From an uncultured Acidobacteriota bacterium (GTDB lineage Bacteria; Acidobacteriota; Polarisedimenticolia; J045), in assembly GCA_963702425.1 (NCBI GenBank), contig CAVPCQ010000006.1, positions 352,001-416,000 on the forward strand: DNA of 64,000 nucleotides, written 5' to 3'. This document shows positions 41,596 to 51,417 of this stretch, piece after piece; within the stretch, counting starts at the first letter, position 1, and each line of letters opens with the position of its first letter. The translations under genes and the position numbers were made by a program. The notes under the pieces are model-generated. The model was not told where the DNA came from. It was given only the letters and a program-made list of their open reading frames with translations, and did no database searches.

Positions 41596-44500
41596 GCCCG
41601 CCTCGCGACCCCGAAGCGAACCGGCTGCCCCTCGATGTCGGTTTCCTTGACCGTCGCCCCCGGCCGCGGCGCGCCGACCTCCAGCACCGCGGCGAGCGTC
41701 TCGCCGGCGATCAGCTCCCGGTGCCGCTCGATCGCCGCTGCGAGCGCTCCTGCGGCGTCGATCGTGACCTCGATCCGGTCGGCGTAGTCGAGATCGAGCT
41801 CCTTGCGCAGGCTCTGGATCCGGTTGACCACCTCGCGCGCCAACCCCTCGGCCAGGAGCGCCTCGTCGAGGTCGGTCTCGAGCACGACCACGGCCCGCGC
41901 CGACGACGAGGCCGCGTAGTGCTCCCGGGCGGTGAGCGAGATCGCGACCTCTTCCGGCCCCAGCGTCACGATCTGGCCGTCGACCGCGATCCGGATCTCC
42001 CCGTCCGCGTCGAGCTGCCTCCGCAGCGCGGCGACGTCGGCCGTGCCGAGCGCCTTCTTGACGCCCGGAACGAGCGCGCCGACCCGCGGCCCGATCAGGC
42101 GGAAGTTGGGCTGCATCTTCCAGACGACGAAAGCGTCGGCGTCGCCGCCGACGACCACCTCCCGGACGTTCAGTTCCTCGGCGATGATCGGCGCCAGCGC
42201 GGTGAGCGCGGCGTCCTCGGAGTTCTCCGCCAGGAAGATCCGCGCCGCCTTGAGCGGCTGCCGCACGCGCAGTTTCTGGTTCGCGCGCGCCGAGAGGCCG
42301 AGCGAGACGACCTCGCGCGCGAGCGACATCGACTGCGACAGCGGCTCGTCGATCCAGGCCGCCGGCAGCTCCGGCCACGGCGCGAGGTGCACGCTGTCGG
42401 GCTGCGCGCCCGGCCAGGCCCCGCCGACCAGCGTGCGCCAGGTGTGCTCGGCGAAGAACGGGACGAAGGGCGCGGCCATCAGCGAGAGGTCGACGAGCAC
42501 CTCCCAGAGCGTCCAGAACGCGTCCGCCTTGTCGTCCGAGAAGCCGGGGGCCCAGAAGCGGTCGCGGCCACGCCGGACGTACCAGTTGGAGAGCGCGTCG
42601 ACGAACTCCCCGAGCGCGCGGGCGGCGTCGTAGATGCGGTAGCCGTCCAGCGCCTCGGTCACGCGGCGGCAGGTCAGCGCCGTCTCCGAGAGGATCCAGC
42701 GATCCATCTGCGGCCGCGCCGCCGCAGGTCGGTACCCCTTCCCCCGGCGGACGTCGGGCACCCGCCCTCCGGTCGCCGCGAGATCGTCCGCCGGGTCGAA
42801 GCCGTCGATCGCGGCGTAGATCAGGAAGAACGACAGCACGTTCGACCAGCGGACGAGGAACTCGTTCTGCTGCTCGCGGATCCCGCGTAGCGAGTTGCGG
42901 GTGTTGCTCCAGGTCGGTCCGGAGGCGTAGAAGAACCAGCGGAACGCATCGGCCCCGGGGGGATCGTCGAGGACGTCGATCAGGACCGGGTCGTCGGGCG
43001 CGACGCCGAGCGTCGCGCGGACCGCCGAGCCGAGCACGATCGACTCCTTGCCGGCCGCCCCGGCGAGCAGGCGGGCCTCGAACGAGCGCTGCGGCTGCCG
43101 CGCGTTGTGCACGCGGACCCGCATCCCCTCCGGGAGCCCCAGGGATTTGACCTGCGCCGGCAGCAGGACGACGGCGTCGGGCGGTGGCGGCTCGCCGAGC
43201 CGCCCCTCGGGAGCGGTGCGCAGCGTGAAGCTCCCCTCCAGCACCAGGTCCGGCGGCGTGTAGTTGCCGACGCTCTTCGATTCCTTCTTGCCATCGGCGT
43301 CGCCGACGTGGCCGAGCACGATGCAGGTCCGGTACGGGTGCGGGTAGCCGCGCGGCGGAACGATCCCGAAACGCTGCTGCGTCTCTTCGTCGAAGACCAG
43401 CGTCGAGACCATCAGCATCGAGTAGAACCAGCCGCGCGTCTGGTCGATCGCCTCGGAGATGAAGTCGGCCGGGAAGGCCTCGCGGAAGGCCTCGAGCCCC
43501 TGGTGCGGGAAGCCCCACTGGGCGAACGGCATGCAGCCCGAGTCGAACCAGCAGTCGATCACCTCGGGCACGCGCCGCATCGTCCCGCCGCAGCCCGCGC
43601 AGGGGAAGGTCACCTTGTCGACCCACGGCTTGTGGACGACGAGGTGCTCGGGCAGGCCGGGGTCCTTCGCGCAGGCCGCCGCCCAGTCGGCGAGGCAGCC
43701 CGGGTTCCGCTCGAGCGCGCGGTCCAGCTTGTCGAGCGCCTCCAGCGCGCCGCAGGCCTCGCACTCCCAGATCGGCAGCGGCGTGCCCCAGTAACGCTCG
43801 CGCGACAGCGCCCAGTCGACGTTGTTGGCCAGGAAGTCGCCGAAGCGGCCGTCCTTGATGTGTTCCGGCAGCCACACGATCTGCTGGTTGTTGGCGATCG
43901 CGTCGCCGATCCGCTCGGTCGTGCGGATGAACCAGGCCGGCCGCGCGTACTGGATCAGCGGCTCGTCTCCGGCCCGCCAGCAGAACGGGTAGTCGTGGCG
44001 GACCGTCCCCTCCTTGAAGACCAGGCCGCGGGCGCGCAGGTGGCGCACGATCTCGCGGTCCGCCTCCTTGCAGAAGCGGCCGGCGAAGTCGGTCACCGCC
44101 TCGGGAAACCGGCCGTCGGGCTGGAGCAGCTGGAGGAACCCCATTCCCTGCTCGCGGCAGACGCGGAAGTCGTCCTCCCCGAAGGCCGGGGCGGTGTGGA
44201 CGATCCCGGTCCCCTGGGTGGCCCCGACGAAGTCGGCCGGAATGATCTGCCAGGCGCGTCCCCCCTCCGGCGTCGCGTAGCGGAACAGCGGTTCGTACGA
44301 CTCGCCGACGAGCCGCTCGCCGAGGAAGCGCTCGAGGATCTCGACCCCTTCGCTGCCGAGCACATCCTCCGCAAGCGCCTCGGCGACGATGACGAGCTCC
44401 TCGGGCTGCCCCTCGCGGGCCACCCGCGCCAGCACGTACTGCATGTCGGGCCGGACCGCGAGCGCGACGTTCGACGGCAGGGTCCAGGGGGTCGTGGTCC

Positions 44501-45170
44501 AGGCCAGGTAGGAGACCCCGGGGCGGGTCCGGCTGGCGAAGCGCGCGACGACTTCCGGGTCGTCGACCGACTTGTAGCCGAGGCCGACCTCGGCCGACGA
44601 GAGCGCGGTGCCGCCCTGCGGCCACCACCAGACGACCTTGTGGCCGCGGTAGAGCAGCCCCTTGCGGAAGAGCTCCGCCAGCGCCCACCAGACCGACTCG
44701 ACGTAGGAGCGGTGGAAGGTGACGTACGCGGTCGGCAGGTCGATCCAGAAGCCGATCCGTTCGGTCAGCTTCTCCCACTCCTCGGTGTAGCGGAAGACCG
44801 ACTCGATGCAGCGCCGGGTAAAGGGCTCGATCCCGTAGCGCTCGATCTCCGCCTTGCCGTGGATCCCGAGTTCCTTCTCGACCTCCACCTCGACCGGCAG
44901 ACCGTGCGTGTCCCAGCCCGCCTTGCGCGGCACGTGGTAGCCGCGCATCGCCTTGTAGCGCGGGAAGAGATCCTTGACGACGCGGGTCAGCACGTGGCCG
45001 TTGTGGGGCAGGCCGTTGGCGGTGGGCGGGCCCTCGTAGAAGACGAAGGTCGGGCCGCCCGCACGCTCGGCGAGCTGCCGCTCGAAGACCTTGCCGTCTT
45101 TCCAGAACTGGAGGATCTCCCGCTCGGCCTCGGCAAAGCGGAATTCCCCCCGCGGGCGCTGGTAGGGCAT
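41592..45170 (-). CDS. ileS: Isoleucine--tRNA ligase (type 2) with non-canonical motifs and an insertion
   Basis: FYEGPPTANGLPHNGH, GWDTHGLP, WTTTPWTLPSN, DWALSRERYWG, EAIDQTRGWF, KKESKS. Confidence 0.97.
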   Translation of the reverse strand: MPYQRPRGEFRFAEAEREILQFWKDGKVFERQLAERAGGPTFVFYEGPPTANGLPHNGHVLTRVVKDLFPRYKAMRGYHVPRKAGWDTHGLPVEVEVEKELGIHGKAEIERYGIEPFTRRCIESVFRYTEEWEKLTERIGFWIDLPTAYVTFHRSYVESVWWALAELFRKGLLYRGHKVVWWWPQGGTALSSAEVGLGYKSVDDPEVVARFASRTRPGVSYLAWTTTPWTLPSNVALAVRPDMQYVLARVAREGQPEELVIVAEALAEDVLGSEGVEILERFLGERLVGESYEPLFRYATPEGGRAWQIIPADFVGATQGTGIVHTAPAFGEDDFRVCREQGMGFLQLLQPDGRFPEAVTDFAGRFCKEADREIVRHLRARGLVFKEGTVRHDYPFCWRAGDEPLIQYARPAWFIRTTERIGDAIANNQQIVWLPEHIKDGRFGDFLANNVDWALSRERYWGTPLPIWECEACGALEALDKLDRALERNPGCLADWAAACAKDPGLPEHLVVHKPWVDKVTFPCAGCGGTMRRVPEVIDCWFDSGCMPFAQWGFPHQGLEAFREAFPADFISEAIDQTRGWFYSMLMVSTLVFDEETQQRFGIVPPRGYPHPYRTCIVLGHVGDADGKKESKSVGNYTPPDLVLEGSFTLRTAPEGRLGEPPPPDAVVLLPAQVKSLGLPEGMRVRVHNARQPQRSFEARLLAGAAGKESIVLGSAVRATLGVAPDDPVLIDVLDDPPGADAFRWFFYASGPTWSNTRNSLRGIREQQNEFLVRWSNVLSFFLIYAAIDGFDPADDLAATGGRVPDVRRGKGYRPAAARPQMDRWILSETALTCRRVTEALDGYRIYDAARALGEFVDALSNWYVRRGRDRFWAPGFSDDKADAFWTLWEVLVDLSLMAAPFVPFFAEHTWRTLVGGAWPGAQPDSVHLAPWPELPAAWIDEPLSQSMSLAREVVSLGLSARANQKLRVRQPLKAARIFLAENSEDAALTALAPIIAEELNVREVVVGGDADAFVVWKMQPNFRLIGPRVGALVPGVKKALGTADVAALRRQLDADGEIRIAVDGQIVTLGPEEVAISLTAREHYAASSSARAVVVLETDLDEALLAEGLAREVVNRIQSLRKELDLDYADRIEVTIDAAGALAAAIERHRELIAGETLAAVLEVGAPRPGATVKETDIEGQPVRFGVARRA

Positions 45171-45306
45171 GAAGGGTCGGCTCCGTGTCGGAAGGGGTTT
45201 GGCGAAACGCGGTATTCTGCCACGCCGCGACGGGCCGGGACACGGGAGACGGGCTATCCTTCCGCGGTTCGGGCGCCCGTCGCGCCCGGCTGGAAGGAGT
45301 TCCCCG

Positions 45307-45852
45307 GTGTCGCCGCGTACGCGCGATTTCGCCATCGCCGGCCTCGTGATCCTGCTCGACCAGGCGACCAAGGCCTGGGCCAGCACCCACTATCAGGCGC
45401 CGGTCCCGGTCATCCCCGGTCTCTTCCGCCTGGCGCTCTCGCACAACACGGGGGCGCTGTTCGGGATGTTCGCGGGGCTCGGCGACCCGTGGCGCTCGAT
45501 CCTGCTGACGCTGATCCCGGTCCTCGCGGTGTGCGGCGTCGCCTGGCTGATCTGGCGCTCCGATCCGTCCGAGACCTCCAGCCGGCTCGCTCTTTCCCTA
45601 ATTCTCGGCGGCGCGATCGGCAACCTGATCGACCGGGTGCTCTACGGCCACGTGATCGACTTCATCGACGTCTACTGGTCCTCCCCGCCGCTGTCGGACT
45701 GGCTGGTCTCGACCTTCGGCACGAACCGCTGGCCGACCTTCAACGTCGCCGACTCGGGCCTGACGATCGGCGCGGCCGTGCTGCTGTTCGATGTGCTCTT
45801 CCACCGCCCGACCGAGCGGAAGAAGGACGACATTGCATCCGTTTCTGATTGA
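45307..45852 (+). CDS. lspA: Lipoprotein signal peptidase II
   Basis: DQATK, NTGALFG, GNLIDR, VIDFID, FNVAD. Confidence 0.96.
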   Translation: MSPRTRDFAIAGLVILLDQATKAWASTHYQAPVPVIPGLFRLALSHNTGALFGMFAGLGDPWRSILLTLIPVLAVCGVAWLIWRSDPSETSSRLALSLILGGAIGNLIDRVLYGHVIDFIDVYWSSPPLSDWLVSTFGTNRWPTFNVADSGLTIGAAVLLFDVLFHRPTERKKDDIASVSD

Positions 45853-46674
45853 CTTCGGGACCGTCTCGCTGCCGCTGCTGGGCGAGTTGCGGCTTGCGCT
45901 CCCGTCGTACGGCCTCATGCTCGCGCTGGGGACGCTGGTCGGCTGGATCTGGTATCACCGCGAGGCGCGCCGGCGCGGGCTCGACCTCGACCTCGCCTCG
46001 GGCGTGCTGTTCTGGTCGATCGTCGGCGCGCTGGCTGGCGGCAAGCTCGGGCTGATCCTGGTCGAGCCCGGCGACTACCTGGGCGACCCGTCGCGGCTGT
46101 TCGGCGCCGATTTCCTGCGCGCCGGGGGGGTGGTCTGGACGGCGGTGCTGGCCGGCATCGCGACGCTGATCGCCCTGTGCCGGCGCTGGGGGCTCCCCGT
46201 GGCGTCGGTGCTGGATTGCGCCGCTCTGCCGATCCCGGTCGTGCAGGCGATCGGCCGCGTCGGCTGTCTGCTGGCCGGCTGCTGCCACGGCGCGGCCTGC
46301 GACCTGCCATGGGCCGTCGTGTACCGCTCGGCGGAGGCCCACGAACGGACGGGTGTCCCGCTCGGTGTCCCGCTCCACCCGGCCCCGCTCTACGAGTCGG
46401 CCTGGAACCTCGCCGTCGTGCTTCCCGTGCTGCTGCTCGTGCGGCGGCACCAGCGCTTCGCGGGCGAGGTGATGCTGGCCTACCTGACCACCTACAGCGT
46501 CGGCCGCGCGCTGCTCGAGTTCTTCCGCGGCGATGGAGCGCGCGGGCTCTGGTTCGGGGGCGCAATCTCGTCCGGGCAGATCGTCTCGCTCGCGGTCTTC
46601 CCGGTCGCGGCCGGCCTCTGGATCGCGCTCCGCCAGCGCGGCGGGGGGAGCCCCCGGCGGACCCGGCCCCGTGA
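45833..46674 (+). CDS. lgt: Prolipoprotein diacylglyceryl transferase (likely 1-base deletion in the G tract at 46643-46648)
   Basis: SYGLM, IGRVGCLLAGCCHG, LHPAPLYES, LEFFRGD; the natural TGA at 46672 is out of frame by one base. Confidence 0.9.
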
Positions 46675-47663
46675 GCCGCGCCGGCCGCGAGCGCGGCGAC
46701 GCGAGCCCCGGCGCGCACACGCGGGACGATGCGGCGGTGGCCGACGATGGGCTGCGGCTCGATCGCTTCTGCGCGCTGCGCCACCCGGAGGTCTCGCGTT
46801 CGCGCCTGACCGCGCTGATCCGGGAGGGCCGCGTCACGCTCGACGGTCAGGCCGCGCGGCCGTCCGAGACGGTGCGCGCCGGCGCGCGGGTCGAGATCGC
46901 GTTTCCGCCCGCCGTCGACTCGTCGCTCGTTCCCGAGCCGATCGCACTCGCCGTGCTCCACGAGGACGAGGACCTGCTCGTGCTCGACAAACCCGCCGGC
47001 CTCGTCGTCCACCCCGGCTCGGGGGTGCGGGCGGGGACGCTGGCCGCCGCGCTTCTGCACCGCGATCCGGCCGTCGCCGGGGTCGGCGGAGCGGAGCGTT
47101 CGGGGCTCGTGCACCGACTCGACCGCGGCACCTCCGGGCTGATGGTCGTGGCCCGCCACGACGCCGCGCACCGCGCGCTCGCCGCGCAGTTCCACGCGCG
47201 CACCGTGGAGAAGGTCTACGACGCGATCGTCTGGGGCCGGCCGCGCGAGCGCGAGGGCGAGATCGACCTCGGCGTGGGCCGCGACCCGAAGAACCGCGTC
47301 CGGATGCGCGCCGGCGTCGCCGGAGGGCGCGCGGCGCGCAGCGTCTACCGCGTCATCGAGGAGGTCCCGGGTTTCGCCTGGCTCGAAGTCCGGATCCTGA
47401 CGGGACGGACCCACCAGGTCCGAGTCCATCTCGCGGCGCTGGGCCATCCGATCGTCGGGGACGCGACCTACGGCGGCGAGCGCTCGGCCTCCGTCGGCGA
47501 CGCGCGGCGGCGCGGCGCGGTGCGGGGGATCGGCCGCCCCGCGCTACACGCGCGGCGGCTCGCCTTCGATCATCCGCGAACCGGCGAGCGCATGGCGTTC
47601 GAGGCCCCCTGGCCGGACGACCTGAGGACGCTCTGGAGCGCGCTCGGCGGACGTCTCCCGTGA
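46671..47663 (+). CDS. rluD: RluA family pseudouridine synthase (RluD-like)
   Basis: S4 domain RLDRF, KPAGLVVHP, VHRLDRGTSG, GRTHQVRVH, GDATYG. Confidence 0.9.
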   Translation: MSRAGRERGDASPGAHTRDDAAVADDGLRLDRFCALRHPEVSRSRLTALIREGRVTLDGQAARPSETVRAGARVEIAFPPAVDSSLVPEPIALAVLHEDEDLLVLDKPAGLVVHPGSGVRAGTLAAALLHRDPAVAGVGGAERSGLVHRLDRGTSGLMVVARHDAAHRALAAQFHARTVEKVYDAIVWGRPREREGEIDLGVGRDPKNRVRMRAGVAGGRAARSVYRVIEEVPGFAWLEVRILTGRTHQVRVHLAALGHPIVGDATYGGERSASVGDARRRGAVRGIGRPALHARRLAFDHPRTGERMAFEAPWPDDLRTLWSALGGRLP

Positions 47664-48604
47664 CGCGCGCCGACTGGGGGATCGCCGGCGCCGGCCGGGC
47701 CGGGGGGGCGCTGGCCCGCGCCCTGGCGCGGCGCGGCGCGACGGTGCTGGTCTGGGACCGCGATCCAGCGGCCGCCGCGCGGGTGGCCCGCGCCGCGGGC
47801 GCACGCCGGGCGCGGGACCTCTCCGATCTCGCGCGGGGCGCGCGGCGGCTCGTGCTGGCGGTGAGCGACGACGCGCTGCCCGAGGTGGCGCGCGCGCTGG
47901 CGCGCGCCTGGCCGCGCGCGGTGCGCGGCAGCGCGGCGCCGAGCGCCGTGCTGCACCTCGCCGGAGCGTTGCCGTCGACGGTGCTGCAGCCGCTCGCCGC
48001 GCGCGGAGCGGCCGTGGGGGTCTGCCAGCCCGCGGTCGCGTTGCACGGCGTGTCGAGCTCCGAGGCGTTGTCCCGGGGCTACGCGACCGTGTCGGGAGCG
48101 ACGCCGGCGGGACGCCTCGCCGCCGGCCGGCTGGCGCGCGCCGCCGGCCTGCGCCCGGTCCCTGTGGACGACGCCCTGCGACCGCTGGCCCACCTGGGCA
48201 TGGTGCTGGCGGCGGGCGATACGGTGGCGCTGCTGGCCGAGGCCGCCGCGCTGCTCGAACGCGCCGGCATCCCGCCGCGCGCCGCGCGGGCGATTGCGGC
48301 CGGGCTCGGCGAGGGCTCGGCCCGGGCCTTCGCCGCGCACGGAGCGGTGCGGGCGCTGACCGGACCGGCGGCGCGCGGTGACGCGCGGACGCTGCTCCGG
48401 CACCGCGCGGCACTCCTGGCGGCCGGGCTCGCCGGCTCGCCCGCGGCAGATGCTCACCGCGCGCTCGCCCGAGCCGGAGCCGCCCGCGCCGCGCGGGCGG
48501 GCTCCCTCTCGAAGGCGGCCCACGCCCGGGTGCGCGCGGCGCTCGACGGCTGGACGGGACTCCCGCGGTCCCGTACCTTGCCGCGCGGAGGACGCCGCCC
48601 GTGA
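47660..48604 (+). CDS. Rossmann-like plus DUF2520 domain protein
   Basis: GIAGAGRAG, LAVSDD, HLAGA, ALTGPAARGD. Confidence 0.85.
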   Translation: MTRADWGIAGAGRAGGALARALARRGATVLVWDRDPAAAARVARAAGARRARDLSDLARGARRLVLAVSDDALPEVARALARAWPRAVRGSAAPSAVLHLAGALPSTVLQPLAARGAAVGVCQPAVALHGVSSSEALSRGYATVSGATPAGRLAAGRLARAAGLRPVPVDDALRPLAHLGMVLAAGDTVALLAEAAALLERAGIPPRAARAIAAGLGEGSARAFAAHGAVRALTGPAARGDARTLLRHRAALLAAGLAGSPAADAHRALARAGAARAARAGSLSKAAHARVRAALDGWTGLPRSRTLPRGGRRP

Positions 48605-49221
48605 CCCGCTGCTCCCGCCACCCCGCGCTCGCCGCCTCGCTGGCCCTGCTCGCCGCCTGCGCTCTGCTCGCAACGCTCGGACCGGCCGCGATCGAGCCGG
48701 CCCACGCCGCCCTTCCCGAGATCCCGCCGCCGAGCGCCGCCGGGCGCTTCGAGGGGACCTGGTTCCGGCAGGAGCCGGGGTCGAAGCAGGTCGTCTGGAT
48801 CCGCCAGGCCGAAAAGTCCGGGCCGCTGGAGATTCGCCTCTCGTGGTGGACCGACCAGGGGCTCGAGTTCGACAGCGATTGGAAGTCGCGCGCCGAGTTC
48901 TCGTACCGCGGTTTCCAGGGCCTGCTCGAACTGGCCGTCGACCGCAAGCGTTCGACACCGGACCAGCTCCTGGTGCGCTACCGCCGCGAGCAGGACGGCG
49001 TCCGGAGCTCGCACCTCGTCGAGACCGGCGACGTCCGGCTCCAGCGGGTCGGCGACAAGGGCTGGGAGCTGCTCTGGATCCAGGACCCGATGAAGTCGGT
49101 GGTGACGGTCGCCGAGCCGCTCGAGCCCGGCCAGGAGCGGACCGAGAAGGACGGCCAGCGCCTCTGGCTCTTCCAGAAGGCGAGCGACCGCCTCCTGCCG
49201 CTCGACGAGATCCCCTGGTAA
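48601..49221 (+). CDS. Secreted hypothetical protein
   Basis: Signal peptide ending AHA; GTGA coupling to the upstream gene. Confidence 0.7.
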   Translation: MTRCSRHPALAASLALLAACALLATLGPAAIEPAHAALPEIPPPSAAGRFEGTWFRQEPGSKQVVWIRQAEKSGPLEIRLSWWTDQGLEFDSDWKSRAEFSYRGFQGLLELAVDRKRSTPDQLLVRYRREQDGVRSSHLVETGDVRLQRVGDKGWELLWIQDPMKSVVTVAEPLEPGQERTEKDGQRLWLFQKASDRLLPLDEIPW

Positions 49222-49324
49222 CACGCTTCGTCTCCCGGGCTGGCGACGACGCGCGACGCGGCAGCGTGTTGCGCCCCGCGGAGCGGTGCTACGCTCGGGC
49301 CGCGACGGGGAGATCCGGCGAACG

Positions 49325-49765
49325 ATGACGGCGGCGGACCGGCGAAACGAAGACGAGCTGCTGCGCCGGTTGCGGGCGGACGCGCAGCTTCTGGCCCAGT
49401 CGTACGGCCTGCCGCTCCGTTCGATCGCCAAGACCCGCCGCGACGCCCGCCTCTACGGGACGTGCGACGCCGGCGGGCAGATCCGGATCCGGCTGCGCTC
49501 GCGGACGTCGGGCGGGTTCCTCAAGTACTCCAGCCTCGTGGCGACGCTCTGCCACGAGCTGGCGCACCTGCGCCACTTCCACCACGGCCCGAGCTTCGTG
49601 CGCTTCTACCGCGAGCTGCTCGAAGCGGCGCGCGCCCGAGGACTTTACCGGCCCGCCTCGCCCGCCGCGCTGCGCGCGGCGCGCGCCCCCCGCCCCGGCC
49701 CGGTGCGCGAGGACCTCGCCGCCTCCGCCCCGCAGCGCCCTCGCCAGTTGCCGCTGTTCTGGTAG
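49325..49765 (+). CDS. Small zinc metalloprotease (WLM/YgjP/SprT-like)
   Basis: TLCHELAHLRHFHHGPSF. Confidence 0.8.
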   Translation: MTAADRRNEDELLRRLRADAQLLAQSYGLPLRSIAKTRRDARLYGTCDAGGQIRIRLRSRTSGGFLKYSSLVATLCHELAHLRHFHHGPSFVRFYRELLEAARARGLYRPASPAALRAARAPRPGPVREDLAASAPQRPRQLPLFW

Positions 49766-49769
49766 CCGC

Positions 49770-51035
49770 TCAGGCCAGCCCGTCGAGGTTCTCCCCCTTC
49801 GGGATCGCCACCAGTCCGCCCTCCGTGACGGTGAACCGGCGGCGATCGGCGTCCGGATCGATACCGACCTGGAAACCAGCCGGGATCCGGACCCCCTTGT
49901 CGACGATCGCCCGCTTCACGACGGCGTGCCGCCCGACCTCGACCCCGTCCATCAGGATCGAGTCCTCGACCAGGCTCCACGAGTTGATCCGGCAGCCCGG
50001 CCCGAGGATCGAGCGCTCCACGTGGCCGCCGCTGACGATGCAGCCCGGCGACACGAGCGAATCGTGCGCCTCGCCGATCCGCCCCTTCTCACCGCCCGCG
50101 AACACGAACTTGGCGGGTGGAGCCTGGATCGCCGCCGAGCGGATCGGCCAGGAGCGGTCGTAGAGGTTGAACTGCGGGGTGACCGAGATCAGGTCCTGGC
50201 TGGCGTCGAAGTAGGCGTCGAGCGTCCCGATGTCCATCCAGAACGGGGTCGGCGCACTGCCCGCGCCGCGAAACACGTGGGCCTGGACCCGCGCCCCGGC
50301 GCGCACGAGGCCCGGCAGCACGTCGTGGCCGAAGTCGTGCTGCGTGTCATCGCGCCGCGCGTCGCGGCAGACCGACTGCACCAGCACGTCGGTGCGGAAC
50401 AGGTAGACCCCCATGTTGGCCACCACGCCGGGTCCCTCCGGGTCGAGGTCCTGCGGCTTCTCGCGGAACCCGGTCACCGCCTGCCCGGGACCCAGTTCCA
50501 GCACGCCGAAGCGCGAGGCGTCGCGTGCCGGAACCTCGAGCACCGCGATCGTGACGTCCGCTTCCCCGGCGAGGTGCTCGGCCAGCATGTCGCGGTAGTC
50601 CATCCGGTAGATGTGGTCGCCGGAGAGGATCAGCGTATGCGCCGGTCGCTCCTCCTCGAGCGTGTAGACGTTCTGGTAGATCGCGTCCGCCGTTCCGAGG
50701 TACCAGGTGCTTCCCACGCGCAGCTGCGGCGGGATGGTGTAGATGAACTCTCCCAGCTCGGGCGCGAACAGGTCCCAGCCCTCCTTGATGTGCCGCATCA
50801 GGGAGTGCGCCTTGTACTGCGGCAGCACGCAGATCCGCTTCAGCCCCGAGTTCACGCAGTTCGAGAGCGTGAAGTCGATGATCCGGTAGGTCCCTCCGAA
50901 CGGGACCGCGGGCTTGCTGCGGTCCTTGGTCAGCGGGTAGAGCCGTTCCCCCTTGCCGCCGGCCAGCACGAAGGCCAGGACCGCCTTGAGCGTGTCGGGG
51001 TGGAGCGAGGCGTGGCCTCCGGCGGAGCGATCCAT
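49770..51035 (-). CDS. glgC: Glucose-1-phosphate adenylyltransferase
   Basis: VLAGGKGERL, RSKPAVPFGG, GTADA, LSGDHIYRMDY, DFGHD. Confidence 0.97.
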   Translation of the reverse strand: MDRSAGGHASLHPDTLKAVLAFVLAGGKGERLYPLTKDRSKPAVPFGGTYRIIDFTLSNCVNSGLKRICVLPQYKAHSLMRHIKEGWDLFAPELGEFIYTIPPQLRVGSTWYLGTADAIYQNVYTLEEERPAHTLILSGDHIYRMDYRDMLAEHLAGEADVTIAVLEVPARDASRFGVLELGPGQAVTGFREKPQDLDPEGPGVVANMGVYLFRTDVLVQSVCRDARRDDTQHDFGHDVLPGLVRAGARVQAHVFRGAGSAPTPFWMDIGTLDAYFDASQDLISVTPQFNLYDRSWPIRSAAIQAPPAKFVFAGGEKGRIGEAHDSLVSPGCIVSGGHVERSILGPGCRINSWSLVEDSILMDGVEVGRHAVVKRAIVDKGVRIPAGFQVGIDPDADRRRFTVTEGGLVAIPKGENLDGLA

Positions 51036-51036
51036 C

Positions 51037-51417
51037 TCAGAGCTCTCCCGGGCCGAGGTGCTCACGCTCCTCGAGCAGCTTCCGCACCGTGCGCTTGAGC
51101 TCCTCGGTGTCGGGGCCCTTCGTGACGTAGGCGTCGGCGGCCCACGAGGTGAAATCGTCGCGGTAGGAATCGAATGCCGTATTGAGCACGATCGGCACGC
51201 GGCGGTCCTTGTCCAGGATCCGCGCCATCGCCTCGAGCCCGTTCATACCCGGCATCCGGATGTCCATCACGATCAGGTCCGGGCGCTGCTGTTCGAAGGC
51301 CCGGATCCCCTCCTCCGCGGTCGCCGCCTCGACGACCTGGTAGCCGTCGTCCTCCAGCTCCCGGCGATAGAGGAGCCTCAGGTGCCGTTCGTCATCCACG
51401 ATCAGGATTCGTCGCAT
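51037..51417 (-). CDS. Single-domain response regulator
   Basis: ILIVDDE, DLIVMDIRMPGMNG, YVTK. Confidence 0.93.
   Translation of the reverse strand: MRRILIVDDERHLRLLYRRELEDDGYQVVEAATAEEGIRAFEQQRPDLIVMDIRMPGMNGLEAMARILDKDRRVPIVLNTAFDSYRDDFTSWAADAYVTKGPDTEELKRTVRKLLEEREHLGPGEL

Noticed and set aside
42960-43245. Intein in ileS
   Set aside because: No N-terminal Cys/Ser with C-terminal His-Asn splice motifs, and shorter than typical mini-inteins
40459-45444. 1661-aa ORF and other long Arg/Pro/Gly-rich ORFs (e.g. 29787-33725, 53203-56586, 17715-20921)
   Set aside because: Shadow frames of real genes in high-GC DNA; only their terminal parts, where noted in features, are genuine
45791-48604. 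937-aa Lgt-DUF2520 fusion ORF
   Set aside because: The middle is low-complexity shadow frame over rluD; explained by a 1-base indel at the end of lgt
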